Source: Candidatus Latescibacterota bacterium (lineage in GTDB: Bacteria; Latescibacterota; UBA2968). From it: 64,000 nucleotides of DNA. The stretch lies in assembly GCA_965204745.1 (NCBI GenBank), contig OZ242010.1, forward strand, positions 928,001-992,000. Reading direction: 5' to 3'. The translations under genes were made by a program, and so were the position numbers. The notes beneath the pieces are model-generated. The model searched no databases. It worked only from the letters and a program-made list of their open reading frames with translations, and was not told the DNA's origin. Shown here piece after piece: positions 41,633 to 52,137 of the stretch. How positions within the stretch are numbered: position 1 is the first letter of the stretch; the number at the start of each line of letters is the position of its first letter.

Positions 41633-44548
41633 ATGAGATCGACGATTGAAGTCAAAGGTGCACGGGAGAACAATTTGCAAAATATCCATCTCGAAATTCC
41701 GCGAGACAAACTCGTGGTGGTCACGGGGGTCAGTGGTTCGGGCAAATCTTCTTTGGCGTTTGATACGGTGTATGCCGAAGGGCAGCGGCGGTTTATGGAG
41801 TCGCTTTCCACGTTTGCGCGGCGGTTTGTCTCGCAGCTCAAAAAGCCGGATGTCGATTTTGTCAATGGGTTGTCGCCCGTGATTTCCATCGAACAGAAGA
41901 CCGTCATGAAAAACCCCCGGTCCACCGTGGGCACGATGACGGATCTGTACGATTATTTGCGGATGCTCTTTGCAAATATCGGGCAACCGCGCTGTCCGAT
42001 CACGCATGAAAAAGTCAAGGTGTGGACGCCGCATCAGATGATGGAACACATGCTCGCGCTGCCCGAGGGCACAGAGGTCGAAGTTCGCGCGCCCGTGCTC
42101 AAAATTTACGGCGAGGATTACGCCTATCTCTTTGACGACATTCGCACCAAGGGCTATCGCCGCGTGCGGATCGACGGCGGGGTTTGCGATCTCGGCGAAG
42201 AGATGGATTTGGACGAAGACAAAAATTATTTCATCGAAGTGATCGTGGATCGCTTTGTCATTCGCAAGGGCATGGACAAGCAGATCGTCACGTCGCTCAA
42301 GCACGGGCTCGAAGTCATCGGCGAGGGCTTTTTGAGTTTTCGCGTTCTCAAGAGCAAACGCAAAAAAGCCACCGAGACCTTTTACGAAAAACTCGGCGGC
42401 TCGTCTGTGCGCGTGGTCGCAGGGCGCATGCACCACGGCATGTTCACGTTCAACGACCCCTTGGGCGCGTGCATCACTTGCTCGGGCTTGGGCACGTATC
42501 TCAAAGCCCATCCGGACTTGGTGGCCCCAGACAAAGACCGCAGCCTGCGCGATGGGGCATTTGTCAAAGAGGCGTTGAAGTACGATGTCAATACGTGGGG
42601 CGGGCGCATGTTGTACAGTTTGTCGAAAAAGTACGGGTTTGACTTGGACATGCCGTACAAAGCCCTCGCAGACGATGTGAAGGACTTGCTCCTGTACGGC
42701 ACAAAGGGCGAGAAGGTCGTGATCAAACACCCCCCCGGCGCGAAACTCGGCGCGAAGTACGCGGGGCGCGAGTTTAGCTACGACGGCGTTATCAACCAGA
42801 TAGAACGCCGCTACCGCCGGTACCGGCAAAAGGGCGTCGCGCACGGTGGCATGGAAGATTATTTGCGAAAGGTCATGGTCGAAAATCCGTGCCCGGACTG
42901 CGGGGGCGAGCGCCTGAAAAAACAACGCTTGTCGGTCACGATTGAGGATCACAACATCCACAGCTTGGGGCAAATGCACATGCCGGAATTGTTCGCGTTT
43001 CTCACGCAACTCGCGTTGCCGCCCAAGCACCGGGAGGTCGCGTCTCAAATCATCTACGAAATCACGTCTCGCCTCGAACTCCTCATGGGCATCGGCTTGG
43101 ACTATCTCAACCTCAACCGGCCGTCGGGCACGCTTTCCGGGGGCGAATCGCAGCGCATTCGCCTTTCCACGCAAATCGGCTCTGGGCTGATGGGCATGCT
43201 CTACGTGCTCGACGAACCGAGCATTGGCTTGCACCCCAAGGACAATGTCAAGATGATCAACACCATGCGGCGGTTGCGCGACATCGGCAATACGGTGATT
43301 GTGGTGGAACACGACGAGGGCACGATCCGCGCTGCGGATCACATCGTCGAGATGGGGCCTGGGCCGGGGGTTCACGGCGGGCATGTGGTCGCAAGCGGCC
43401 CGCTATCGGAGGTGGTCAAATGCGCGGAATCGCCGACCGCGCAATACCTCAGCGGCAAGCGGCACATCGCGGTTCCGTCCCAACGCCGAGAAAAGAACGG
43501 CCAAGCCCTGTTCATCAAGGGCGCGCGCGCGAACAATCTCAACGACATTGACGTGGAAATCCCGCTCGGCATGTTCACCTGCATCACCGGGGCATCCGGG
43601 TCGGGCAAAAGCACCTTGATTCACGAAGTCCTGTACAAGAAACTCTACAATCTGTACCACGACAGCCGGGTGTTTTCCGGGGATCACGACGACCTCATCG
43701 GGCACGAACACCTCGGCGATGTGATCAATATCGACCAATCGCCCATCGGACGCTCGCCGCGGTCCAACCCCGCGACGTACATCGGCTTTTACGACAACAT
43801 CCGCAGATGCTTTGCGCGCACCCCCGAAGCCGAATCGCGCGGGTACACGGCGTCCCGGTTCAGTTTCAACGTCAAGGGCGGTCGTTGCGAGGAATGCGCG
43901 GGCGAAGGCGCGATTAAGACCAGCCTCGCGTTTATGCCGGACGTGGAAATCCCCTGCCCCACCTGCAAAGGCGCGCGCTACAATGACGAGACCCTCGAAG
44001 TCGCTTATCGGGACAAGACCATCGCCGATGTGTTGGACATGTCGATAGAAGATGGGGTCTCGTTTTTTTGCGACGAGAGACTCGTCGCCCACAAACTCTC
44101 GGTGCTCGACGACCTAGGCTTGGGCTATCTCAAAATCGGCCATCCGGCCACCATCCTCTCTGGCGGCGAGGCGCAGCGCGTCAAACTCGCCAATGAACTC
44201 GGCAAGGTCAAACGCGGGAAGCACAACCTCTACATTCTCGATGAACCCACGACGGGCTTGCACTTGGCGGATATTCAAAAGTTGCTCGACGCGCTCGACA
44301 AGTTGGTGGATGCGGGCCACGCGGTTGTGGTGATCGAACACCACTTGGACGTGATCAAAACCGCGGATTACGTCATCGACCTAGGCCCGGAAGGCGGGCA
44401 CAATGGGGGCGATGTGATCGCAACCGGGCCGCCGGAGGCAATCGTCCAAATTGAGCAGTCTTATACGGGCCAATTTTTGAAATCGCATCTGAATGGAGAA
44501 ATGTCCTATGGCGACAAAAAACCTGACGCCGCTGTTGCAGGTCTATGA
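41633..44548 (+). CDS. uvrA: UvrA-family ATPase (divergent paralog)
   Basis: GARENNL, GVSGSGKSS, two LSGGE, two LDEP and Zn fingers; insertion region diverges from canonical UvrA. Confidence 0.85.
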   Translation: MRSTIEVKGARENNLQNIHLEIPRDKLVVVTGVSGSGKSSLAFDTVYAEGQRRFMESLSTFARRFVSQLKKPDVDFVNGLSPVISIEQKTVMKNPRSTVGTMTDLYDYLRMLFANIGQPRCPITHEKVKVWTPHQMMEHMLALPEGTEVEVRAPVLKIYGEDYAYLFDDIRTKGYRRVRIDGGVCDLGEEMDLDEDKNYFIEVIVDRFVIRKGMDKQIVTSLKHGLEVIGEGFLSFRVLKSKRKKATETFYEKLGGSSVRVVAGRMHHGMFTFNDPLGACITCSGLGTYLKAHPDLVAPDKDRSLRDGAFVKEALKYDVNTWGGRMLYSLSKKYGFDLDMPYKALADDVKDLLLYGTKGEKVVIKHPPGAKLGAKYAGREFSYDGVINQIERRYRRYRQKGVAHGGMEDYLRKVMVENPCPDCGGERLKKQRLSVTIEDHNIHSLGQMHMPELFAFLTQLALPPKHREVASQIIYEITSRLELLMGIGLDYLNLNRPSGTLSGGESQRIRLSTQIGSGLMGMLYVLDEPSIGLHPKDNVKMINTMRRLRDIGNTVIVVEHDEGTIRAADHIVEMGPGPGVHGGHVVASGPLSEVVKCAESPTAQYLSGKRHIAVPSQRREKNGQALFIKGARANNLNDIDVEIPLGMFTCITGASGSGKSTLIHEVLYKKLYNLYHDSRVFSGDHDDLIGHEHLGDVINIDQSPIGRSPRSNPATYIGFYDNIRRCFARTPEAESRGYTASRFSFNVKGGRCEECAGEGAIKTSLAFMPDVEIPCPTCKGARYNDETLEVAYRDKTIADVLDMSIEDGVSFFCDERLVAHKLSVLDDLGLGYLKIGHPATILSGGEAQRVKLANELGKVKRGKHNLYILDEPTTGLHLADIQKLLDALDKLVDAGHAVVVIEHHLDVIKTADYVIDLGPEGGHNGGDVIATGPPEAIVQIEQSYTGQFLKSHLNGEMSYGDKKPDAAVAGL

Positions 44549-44912
44549 TATGAAGGCATCCGTTGCGTTCTATTGTGATGTACTCGGATTCGAGGTGGTA
44601 CATTCTTATGAACCCGATGGGCATTTTTATTGGGCGTCTCTCGAATTGGGAGGCGCGAAACTCATGCTCAATGCCCGTTACGAAGACGACAAACGGCCCG
44701 CTGAACCCGAAGCGGATCGGATAAATGCACACGGAGATACAGAACTGTATTTTGAATGCGACAATGTGGCCGAGGTGTACACTTCAATCAAAAAGAGAGG
44801 CGTTGATCTCAGCCCGCCGGCAGAATCCAACTACGGGGCAATGGAAATCGAATTGCGAGACCCCGACGGCTTTGGCATATACTTTTTTCAACCGACAGAA
44901 CAGACCTTCTAA
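44508..44912 (+). CDS. VOC/glyoxalase (bleomycin-resistance-like) protein
   Basis: PLLQV.DM..SVAFYCDVLGF and YGAMEIELRDPDG motifs. Confidence 0.88.
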   Translation: MATKNLTPLLQVYDMKASVAFYCDVLGFEVVHSYEPDGHFYWASLELGGAKLMLNARYEDDKRPAEPEADRINAHGDTELYFECDNVAEVYTSIKKRGVDLSPPAESNYGAMEIELRDPDGFGIYFFQPTEQTF

Positions 44913-44940
44913 CGGGTTTTGAACAATAGGTCTCGATACC

Positions 44941-45876
44941 GTGATCCGCAATTTTCTCATCGTTGCCATTCGCAACACGATGCGCCGCAAGGGCTATGCG
45001 GCCATCAGTTTGGGCAGTTTGGTCATTGGGTTGACGTGTGCGATGCTCATCCTGCTCTCGGTTCGCTACGAGATGAGCTTCGACGCGTTTCGCCCGCATG
45101 CGGATCGCGTGTATCGCAAGGAACGGGATGCGCGTGGGCAAATCGAATGGCGCGGCGTGTTGCCCACCCAGGTCGCAACGCATTTGCGCGAGGAATACGC
45201 CGAGGTGGAGGCGGTTGTGCAGTTTCGGCGGATTACGTCCTGATTTCGCGTTGAGGGCCGGGTGTTTCAACACCGCCTTTGTCCCGCGCGTGGGGATGTC
45301 ATCGACTTTTTTGGGCTCGAGATCGTCCGCGGGGATGCCACCGCGCTCAACCGCGGGGATGCCGCCATCGTTTTGACCGAGAGCCTCGCGGCCAAACTCT
45401 TTGGGCAAACAGACCCCATCGGGCGCGTGGTCGAGGTGCAGCACGAGACCGCTGTGCAGTCTTTCGCCGTGGTTGGGGTGATGAAAGATCGCCCGCCCAA
45501 CACGCGCTTGGACTTTGACAGCGTGACCTTTTTCGCGTCCGATCTATGGGCCATCCGATCTGCGCCGATTTACGTGCGGATGCGTGCAGATGCCGATGTC
45601 GCCGCACTCGAGCGGGCGTTGGGCGAGCGATTTCCCGATGATTCGCAAGATGCGACCTATCATTTCCAAGCCCTGCCGCGCATCCATCTGTATTCCAAAC
45701 TCGATTTGGAGGGCTTTACCGGGGATTCGGGCATGCCGTACCGGGATGTCCGCGATTTGTATCCTCTGGCTGTTTTGGGATTGTGCATTTTGCTCATCGC
45801 CTGCATCAATTTCATGAATTTGGCGACCGCGCGTTCTGCCACGCGCGCCCGAGAGATTGGCTTGCGCCGAGAGTAA
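44941..45876 (+). pseudogene. MacB/FtsX ABC permease pseudogene
   Basis: In-frame TGA at 45241-43; ends just after IACINFMNLATARSATRAREIGLR, well short of full length. Confidence 0.8.
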
Positions 45877-45927
45877 TGATCACCCGTTGCTTTCCACATG
45901 AGATGCCAAGCAAAGGATGCCAAAACA

Positions 45928-47040
45928 ATGGATAATTTGACGGTCATTGACTTGTTTAGCGGTTGTGGTGGCATGTCTTGGGGGCTTTCAAAGGCGGGTT
46001 TTGTGGTGCTTGCCGGCATTGATAATTGGGTGCCTGCACTCAATACGTTTCTTATGAATCATCCGGGTTCTCGAATCATCAATGGCGATATAACACGTCT
46101 TGATCCCGAAGATGTTATGGAGCAGTTGCATCTCAAAAAAGGAGAATTGGATTGTATTGCCGGCGGCCCTCCATGTCAGGGGTTTTCAAAAAATGTGCCA
46201 TCTTCGTATAGATTCTTAGAAGATCCAAGAAATCAACTCTTTAGAGATTTTCTCAGATTTGTTAAAATCCTATATCCCAAAACCGTGTGCATGGAAAATG
46301 TCGCGGAAATTTACAATGCCTATTCTGGAATCGTTCGCGATGAAGTCATCGGTATTCTGAATGCGGCGGGCTATGAGGTGGCGGTCAAGGTTATTTACGC
46401 GCCCGATTACGGGGTTCCACAAAAGCGGCGGCGGTGCTTCTTTTTTGCGTCGAGAACAGGTGTGTCGCCTTCGTTTTCTCCTCCTAAATTCGGGTCAGTT
46501 GAGAAATTGTCCCTTTGGCAACGTCATACAGCACAATATCGATCTGCTTGGTCGGCGTTATCCGATTTACCCGTTTTGGAAAATGGCGAAGGGTTTGAAC
46601 CTATGGCATACGACAAAGAACCCGAGAATGAATTTCAAAATCAGATGCGTGGCGATTCGACAAAACTTTACGATCACATCACGCGCAAATTGAGACCGAA
46701 GCAATTTTCGAGAATCGCCTCGCTAACCCCAGGTCAGGGTATCAAAGACCTGCCAGATCACCTAAGACCCAAGTCTGGATATAGTGGCGCGTATGGACGG
46801 TTGGATTGTGAAATGATTGCGCCAACGATCACGCGATGGGTATTTCATCCGGGGTCGGGGAGATTTTGCCACCCAAAAGAAATCCGCCTCATCACAATAC
46901 GAGAGGCGGCGCGGTTACAATCATTTTCTGACGATTTTAGATTTACGGGAACGTACATCCAAAAATCCCAACAAGTGGGCAATGCGGTTCTCCCTTTATT
47001 GATGGAGGCGTTCGCCGAAGATATTAGGCGGTGTTGTTGA
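45928..47040 (+). CDS. DNA cytosine-C5 methyltransferase
   Basis: DLFSGCGG, GGPPCQGFS, MENV, PQKRRR, REAARLQSF and QVGNAV motifs. Confidence 0.95.
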   Translation: MDNLTVIDLFSGCGGMSWGLSKAGFVVLAGIDNWVPALNTFLMNHPGSRIINGDITRLDPEDVMEQLHLKKGELDCIAGGPPCQGFSKNVPSSYRFLEDPRNQLFRDFLRFVKILYPKTVCMENVAEIYNAYSGIVRDEVIGILNAAGYEVAVKVIYAPDYGVPQKRRRCFFFASRTGVSPSFSPPKFGSVEKLSLWQRHTAQYRSAWSALSDLPVLENGEGFEPMAYDKEPENEFQNQMRGDSTKLYDHITRKLRPKQFSRIASLTPGQGIKDLPDHLRPKSGYSGAYGRLDCEMIAPTITRWVFHPGSGRFCHPKEIRLITIREAARLQSFSDDFRFTGTYIQKSQQVGNAVLPLLMEAFAEDIRRCC

Positions 47041-47397
47041 GTTGATCCAACAACAGATCGACAACCGCATCAATTGACAATCGCTTGGGTTCAATCGAAA
47101 AAATGTACGCGTTTTCCGGGAGAATAAATCTTTCAAAAAATTGTTTTTGATTGGGATACCATCGGAAAACACAAAATCCATCCTTTTTTTAATACCTTGA
47201 AGACCCGTTTTTGTTTCCGTAGTCCATCTCCATTCGAGCTCATCGGGGTTGTAATCTGATAGATCTTCTTCGAGAAAGGCATAGGTTTTGCGGTCTTTTG
47301 ATTTGTGGATTTCGCATTCAAAACCGAATGCTTCTTGATTCAGATTTTTTTTCGTTCTCAAGCGTTTGAGAACTTTTGCAAAAGCTTCGTTTATCAT
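47024..47397 (-). pseudogene. Controller (XRE) N-terminus fused to a C-terminal remnant of a probable restriction endonuclease
   Basis: MINEAFAKVLKRLR..NLNQEAF (half an HTH) joined to WRWTT..TGLQG; frameshift at an A run, then FRWYPNQKQFFERF; convergent with the MTase. Confidence 0.55.
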
Positions 47398-47502
47398 AAT
47401 TGTGAACTTAGAAAATTGAATACTATTAGTCCACAGCCTATAGTATTCAATACGATTGGATCAAATAACAGCGTCGTTCAATCTATTGAGAAAGGAATGG
47501 GT

Positions 47503-49194
47503 ATGACCACAACTGGAAGTTACAAGATCGCGGACCTCTGTGAGGCGGCGGCCGAGGGTGATGTGGGGAAAATGAGGCGGATTCTCGAGGTGCAACCCGA
47601 TCTGGTCAATGTTCACATGGCCGAAAGCGACGAGCATCGCGCCATTCACTATGCGGTCGTGAATGGGCACGCGGATGCGGTGCGCGTGCTGATGGAAGCG
47701 GGGGCCGATCACACGTCGGGCATCTATCCGCACCGCGATGCCACAGACGCGCTGACGATGGCGCGTGAACGCGGCCTGGACGATATCGTTCACATCTTGC
47801 AAGAAGAAGACGAAAGGCGCAAACTCGCGGCCTGCAAGAACATCACCATAACAAAAGAAAATGACGCGCTCTTCGAGGTGGTTCAAGAAGGGCGAGAGGC
47901 AGACGCGCTGGCGATTCTCGACCAACACCCGGATTTGCTCGACGCTTGCTATCGCAATGGCGGCAGTGTGATTCACGCGGCGGCCTCTCGCGGGCGTTAC
48001 CACCTCGTTCAGGAACTGCTCGAGCGCGGCGCGGACATCGCCCATCTCACCCCAGAAGGGCAATCGCCCCTCGATGGCGCGGTTCACAATATTCGCGGTC
48101 GCAACAGGCCGATTGACGAAGGGTGTTTGATTTGCGCGGGGATGCTCCTTCAGGCCGGTTGCACGCAATCGGTCGAATCGGCCATTGCACTCGGGGATTT
48201 CGACTTTGTCCGCGAATACGCAAAACAGCATCCCCAACGCTTTCAATCCAATGACAGGGACCGCGACGGGCTTTTGCAGATCGCGGTGCAAAACGACAAT
48301 GTCGATATGACGCGCTTGCTGCTCGACTTCGGCCTCGACCCGGACGACAAACACCAACTCCACCACTACGAATCCAAGCCCTATTCATGGGGGCAATCCC
48401 TCGCCCATGCCGCGGGCAACGCGCAGTACGAAATCGCCGAACTCTTGCTCGAGCGCGGCGCAGATCCCAATGCCAGCATTTATGCGAGCGGCAATCCGGT
48501 CGAGGCCGCGTACAACAACCGCGACGACGAAATGAAGGGCTTGCTGTTTCGATACGGCGGGGTTTTGACGCACATCACCGCCGGACTCGAAGGCGAGACC
48601 TCTGCGGCTGCGGTCGCGCTTCACAACGATCCATCGCTTGCCGAAAGGTTGCTGTGGGCGGCCGGGTGCGGGGGCGATCCCAATATCGTGGGGATGTGTT
48701 TGCGCCAACTCGACTGGCGACCCGATGACAACCGCTGGTTCGGCTTGCTCGAGCAACCGCTCCGCCTGTGGCGCGCTAGCCCCCATCGCAAATTCCGCGA
48801 CTTTGACCGCTCGGTCTATCCGGAGATTTTTCGCATGATCCTTGACCGCGGCGTTAGCCCCAATCTGATCGGGCGTTTCGGCTACCGCCTCGCGCATCGC
48901 TTGGCCGCGTGCGGCGTGGTTTGGGGGCAAACGATTATGACCGAACCCGAACGCATCGCCTTTGCGACCATTCTTCTCGACTGTGGCGCGGACCTCGATG
49001 TGACCGACGATCTCCTGCTGTCTTCCCCACTCGGATGGGCCGCGCGCTGGGGCAAGTACGACCTCGCGCGTCTCTATCTCGACCGCGGCGCGGACCCCAC
49101 TCTCGCAGGTGCCGAATGGGCAACCCCACTCGCTTGGGCGCAAAAAAAAGGGCATGACGACATTGCGGATCTCATCGGACGGTATGAGAAGTAG
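47503..49194 (+). CDS. Ankyrin-repeat protein
   Basis: Multiple AIHYAV/VIHAAA/PLGWAA...LL..GAD repeats. Confidence 0.9.
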   Translation: MTTTGSYKIADLCEAAAEGDVGKMRRILEVQPDLVNVHMAESDEHRAIHYAVVNGHADAVRVLMEAGADHTSGIYPHRDATDALTMARERGLDDIVHILQEEDERRKLAACKNITITKENDALFEVVQEGREADALAILDQHPDLLDACYRNGGSVIHAAASRGRYHLVQELLERGADIAHLTPEGQSPLDGAVHNIRGRNRPIDEGCLICAGMLLQAGCTQSVESAIALGDFDFVREYAKQHPQRFQSNDRDRDGLLQIAVQNDNVDMTRLLLDFGLDPDDKHQLHHYESKPYSWGQSLAHAAGNAQYEIAELLLERGADPNASIYASGNPVEAAYNNRDDEMKGLLFRYGGVLTHITAGLEGETSAAAVALHNDPSLAERLLWAAGCGGDPNIVGMCLRQLDWRPDDNRWFGLLEQPLRLWRASPHRKFRDFDRSVYPEIFRMILDRGVSPNLIGRFGYRLAHRLAACGVVWGQTIMTEPERIAFATILLDCGADLDVTDDLLLSSPLGWAARWGKYDLARLYLDRGADPTLAGAEWATPLAWAQKKGHDDIADLIGRYEK

Positions 49195-49347
49195 GGGGCA
49201 ACTATCGCCCATCCATGAGGACAGGCATGGGGCCTATCCCTACGGCTGGTGGGAGGCGAGAAACGGGTGGTCACTTGGGATTAACGGCGGGATGGATTGA
49301 CGGGGGATGGGATGGGTGGAGGCCCTCTCCCGTCTTGCGCCTTATCT

Positions 49348-50661
49348 TTATTTCGCCACTATTTCGGTAAATCTGTCAATTAGGTAGGCGGGTATGTGGA
49401 TGATTTTTAGACCTTTAGGCGTCGTGAATTTTCCCGGCAGGTCGAGGTTGACGAGCATGCCCAAGTCGCTGCCGTGGCGTGCGGCGTATTCCGCGATGCC
49501 GCCCGTATCCCGAGGTCTCGTGACGAGCGACGCTTTGCATTCGATGGGCATGGTGTTGCCCAAGTTCGTGCGAAAGATAAAATCGACTTCGGAACTGTTG
49601 ACTCCCTTTTTCCATCCCGTCAGGTGTTGGCCTAATGCCACGAGTTCGGTTGCCAACATATTTTCCAAAATGCCCCCGAGTGGCGTGCGCTGGGCGGCGT
49701 CGAGGTTTGAGAGGAGGTCGATACGCGGCAGGGCGATCAGCCGCAGGTCATTTGCCAAGCCCGGATCGTAGAGATAGCGTTTGGGCGAAAAGTGTTGTCG
49801 TTCTGGGCGCGTGCCGCGGATTTCGCATTTGTGGATGAGTTTCCACGATTCGAGCAATTCCAAAAAATTGGGCACTTTTCTGTAAAGGGCCGATGTCGTG
49901 CGAACCATCTGGGCGTATTTGCTCGGGCTACCGAGGTTTGATGCGACGCCCCGCAAACACTGATCGAACAAAGAGGCTTCGGTTTCTGAAAAAATTCTGG
50001 CGAAGTCACTGCGATAGTCGAAATACAAATCCCGGCGTATTTGTCGCCAGTCCTGTTGGGCAAAAAACGACGACGCAACGGCTGGCAACCCGCCCACATC
50101 GAGATAGGCTTGCACGTATTTGAGAAGGCGTTCGTGTAAGAACAGCGGGATCTGGAAGGGGTCTTCAAAAGCGAGCAGTGTTTCCCGTTTTCCACAGCGC
50201 AGAAATTCTTTGAAGCTGAACGGTTGCAACAGGAATCGCGTGACCCTGCCCACTGGAAACCGCGTTTCCCGGCCGAAAATTCGGGTCATGGAACTGCCTG
50301 TGAGGATGACGGGTGTGTGTTGCCATTTTTCTTTCATAAATCGCACAAACCCGCCCAGGGCAGGGGCTTCTTGCGCTTCATCAATGCAGAGGACGCGCTG
50401 TCCGTCGCCTTTGAACTGGTGTGTGGTCACAAGATAGGTTTCAAAATCTGCGAAATCCCTACAGGAACTGAGGTCGTGAACCGCGCGGTTGTTTTCCTCT
50501 AAATTCAGGTAAAGCATTTCGCGGGCGAGTTTCGGTCTGATGGATTCTACCAGCGTGGTCTTGCCAACCTGCCGCGCACCTTCCAACAGGGCGACATTGG
50601 GATGCTCAACGCGATGGGTCAGATGTGCGATCAGGCGTTTTTCCAAATCTCTTTGTATCAT
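49348..50661 (-). CDS. AAA_14 ATPase + DUF4143 protein
   Basis: GARQVGKT, IDEAQ, TGSS, GGLP, KRYLYDPG and EVDF...PIECK motifs. Confidence 0.88.
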   Translation of the reverse strand: MIQRDLEKRLIAHLTHRVEHPNVALLEGARQVGKTTLVESIRPKLAREMLYLNLEENNRAVHDLSSCRDFADFETYLVTTHQFKGDGQRVLCIDEAQEAPALGGFVRFMKEKWQHTPVILTGSSMTRIFGRETRFPVGRVTRFLLQPFSFKEFLRCGKRETLLAFEDPFQIPLFLHERLLKYVQAYLDVGGLPAVASSFFAQQDWRQIRRDLYFDYRSDFARIFSETEASLFDQCLRGVASNLGSPSKYAQMVRTTSALYRKVPNFLELLESWKLIHKCEIRGTRPERQHFSPKRYLYDPGLANDLRLIALPRIDLLSNLDAAQRTPLGGILENMLATELVALGQHLTGWKKGVNSSEVDFIFRTNLGNTMPIECKASLVTRPRDTGGIAEYAARHGSDLGMLVNLDLPGKFTTPKGLKIIHIPAYLIDRFTEIVAK

Positions 50662-50791
50662 GGTCTTATCACCCTTTGCATGGTTGCCATTTTTATTTTG
50701 ACAAAAATTAGCTAAAAATTGTCATGTTTTCAACAAAAATGAGCCGAAACAATGAAAATTTTCAAACAAGTGTCAGTTACCACCTCACCCA

Positions 50792-51007
50792 TCTCACGTC
50801 TCACGTCTCACGTCTCACGTCTCACGTCTCACGTCTCACGTCTCACGTCTCACGTCTCACGTCTCACGTCTCACGTCTCACGTCTCACGTCTCACGTCTC
50901 ACGTCTCACGTCTCACGTCTCACGTCTCACGTCTCACGTCTCACGTCTCACGTCTCACGTCTCACGTCTCACGTCTCACGTCTCACGTCTCACGTCTCAC
51001 GTCTCAC
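50792..51007. repeat. Heptamer tandem array (TCTCACG), about 30 copies
   Basis: Direct reading; perfect array. Confidence 0.96.
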
Positions 51008-51111
51008 CTTTTACCGCTAACCGCATCGAAATTGTTTTCCAATGGCGTTTTCTTTTTGTACCATGAAAGCGATGTGTATCCACCATTTGAAAGTCCAAAA
51101 GGAGATGGCTT

Positions 51112-52053
51112 ATGATTCGCGTATTGATCGGCAGTCGAAATGGCGCGGAGGTCGAGGCGTTGTTGGATGACGCGCCGCCCGAAGCGAAGGTGGTATTTTT
51201 GCCCGAGGGCGAAAAGCAGATGGATTATCTGCCGGGGGTGGAAGTGCTTTTTGGGCGTCTTCCCGAATCCGAATTTGACGCGGCAGACGCGCTGAAGTGG
51301 GTTCAGCAACCCCACGCGGGTGCCGAGGGGCATTTGTACGAAAAGTTTAAGAACAGCGATATCGTCTTGACCAATGCGGGCGGGTTGTTCGGGCCGCAAA
51401 TTGCAGAGCATGCGTTCGCGCTTTTGTTGGCATTGACGCGGCGGATTCACACGCAGTTGGACTTTATGAAACGCAAACACTGGGAGCGCGTGCCGTGTTT
51501 GGAACTGGCCGGCATGACGATGGGCATCATCGGATTGGGGGGTATTGGGCGGGCTATCGCAGATCGCGCAAAAGCCTTTGAGTTCCGCGTGCTCGCGGTG
51601 GATCCCGAAGATATGGCTTGCCCGGACTCGGTCGATCACTTGGGAAAAATGGACGCTTTGCCCGACCTCATGGCGCAGTCCCAAGTGGTGATGAGCTGTT
51701 GCCCGAGCACGCCTGAGACGCACAAAATGATCTCTCGCGACATGTTTGACCGGTTGATGCCGGGCAGTTTTTTCATCAATGTCAGCCGGGGAAAGGTGGT
51801 GGATGAGGAGGCGATGATCGATGCGTTGCGGTCGGGCAAACTGGCGGGTGTTGGGCTGGACGTGACGTACACGGAGCCGTGCCCGGAGGACAGTCCTCTG
51901 TGGACCGAACCCAATGTGATTTTGACCTCGCACAGCGCGGGGTCTTCCCAACACATTCGGCGGCGTGCTCTAGCGCGGTTTGTGGATAATTTGCACCGAT
52001 ATGTGAAGGGCGAGGCGTTGTCCAATGTGGTGGATAAGGAGAAGGGATATTAG
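51112..52053 (+). CDS. D-2-hydroxyacid dehydrogenase
   Basis: GLGGIG, INVSRG, LDVT..EP and SHSAG motifs. Confidence 0.92.
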   Translation: MIRVLIGSRNGAEVEALLDDAPPEAKVVFLPEGEKQMDYLPGVEVLFGRLPESEFDAADALKWVQQPHAGAEGHLYEKFKNSDIVLTNAGGLFGPQIAEHAFALLLALTRRIHTQLDFMKRKHWERVPCLELAGMTMGIIGLGGIGRAIADRAKAFEFRVLAVDPEDMACPDSVDHLGKMDALPDLMAQSQVVMSCCPSTPETHKMISRDMFDRLMPGSFFINVSRGKVVDEEAMIDALRSGKLAGVGLDVTYTEPCPEDSPLWTEPNVILTSHSAGSSQHIRRRALARFVDNLHRYVKGEALSNVVDKEKGY

Positions 52054-52137
52054 CGGGGTAGCAGGAAAGACACTGGCCTCCAGCTTTCGCCGGAGTGACA
52101 TCTGTTTGGCGATAAACCGAGTTGAAAGACGCCGGGT

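Noticed and set aside
45241-45280. In-frame TGA followed by a small hairpin as selenocysteine recoding
   Set aside because: Not a redox family, no Cys-type motif, and the gene is independently truncated.
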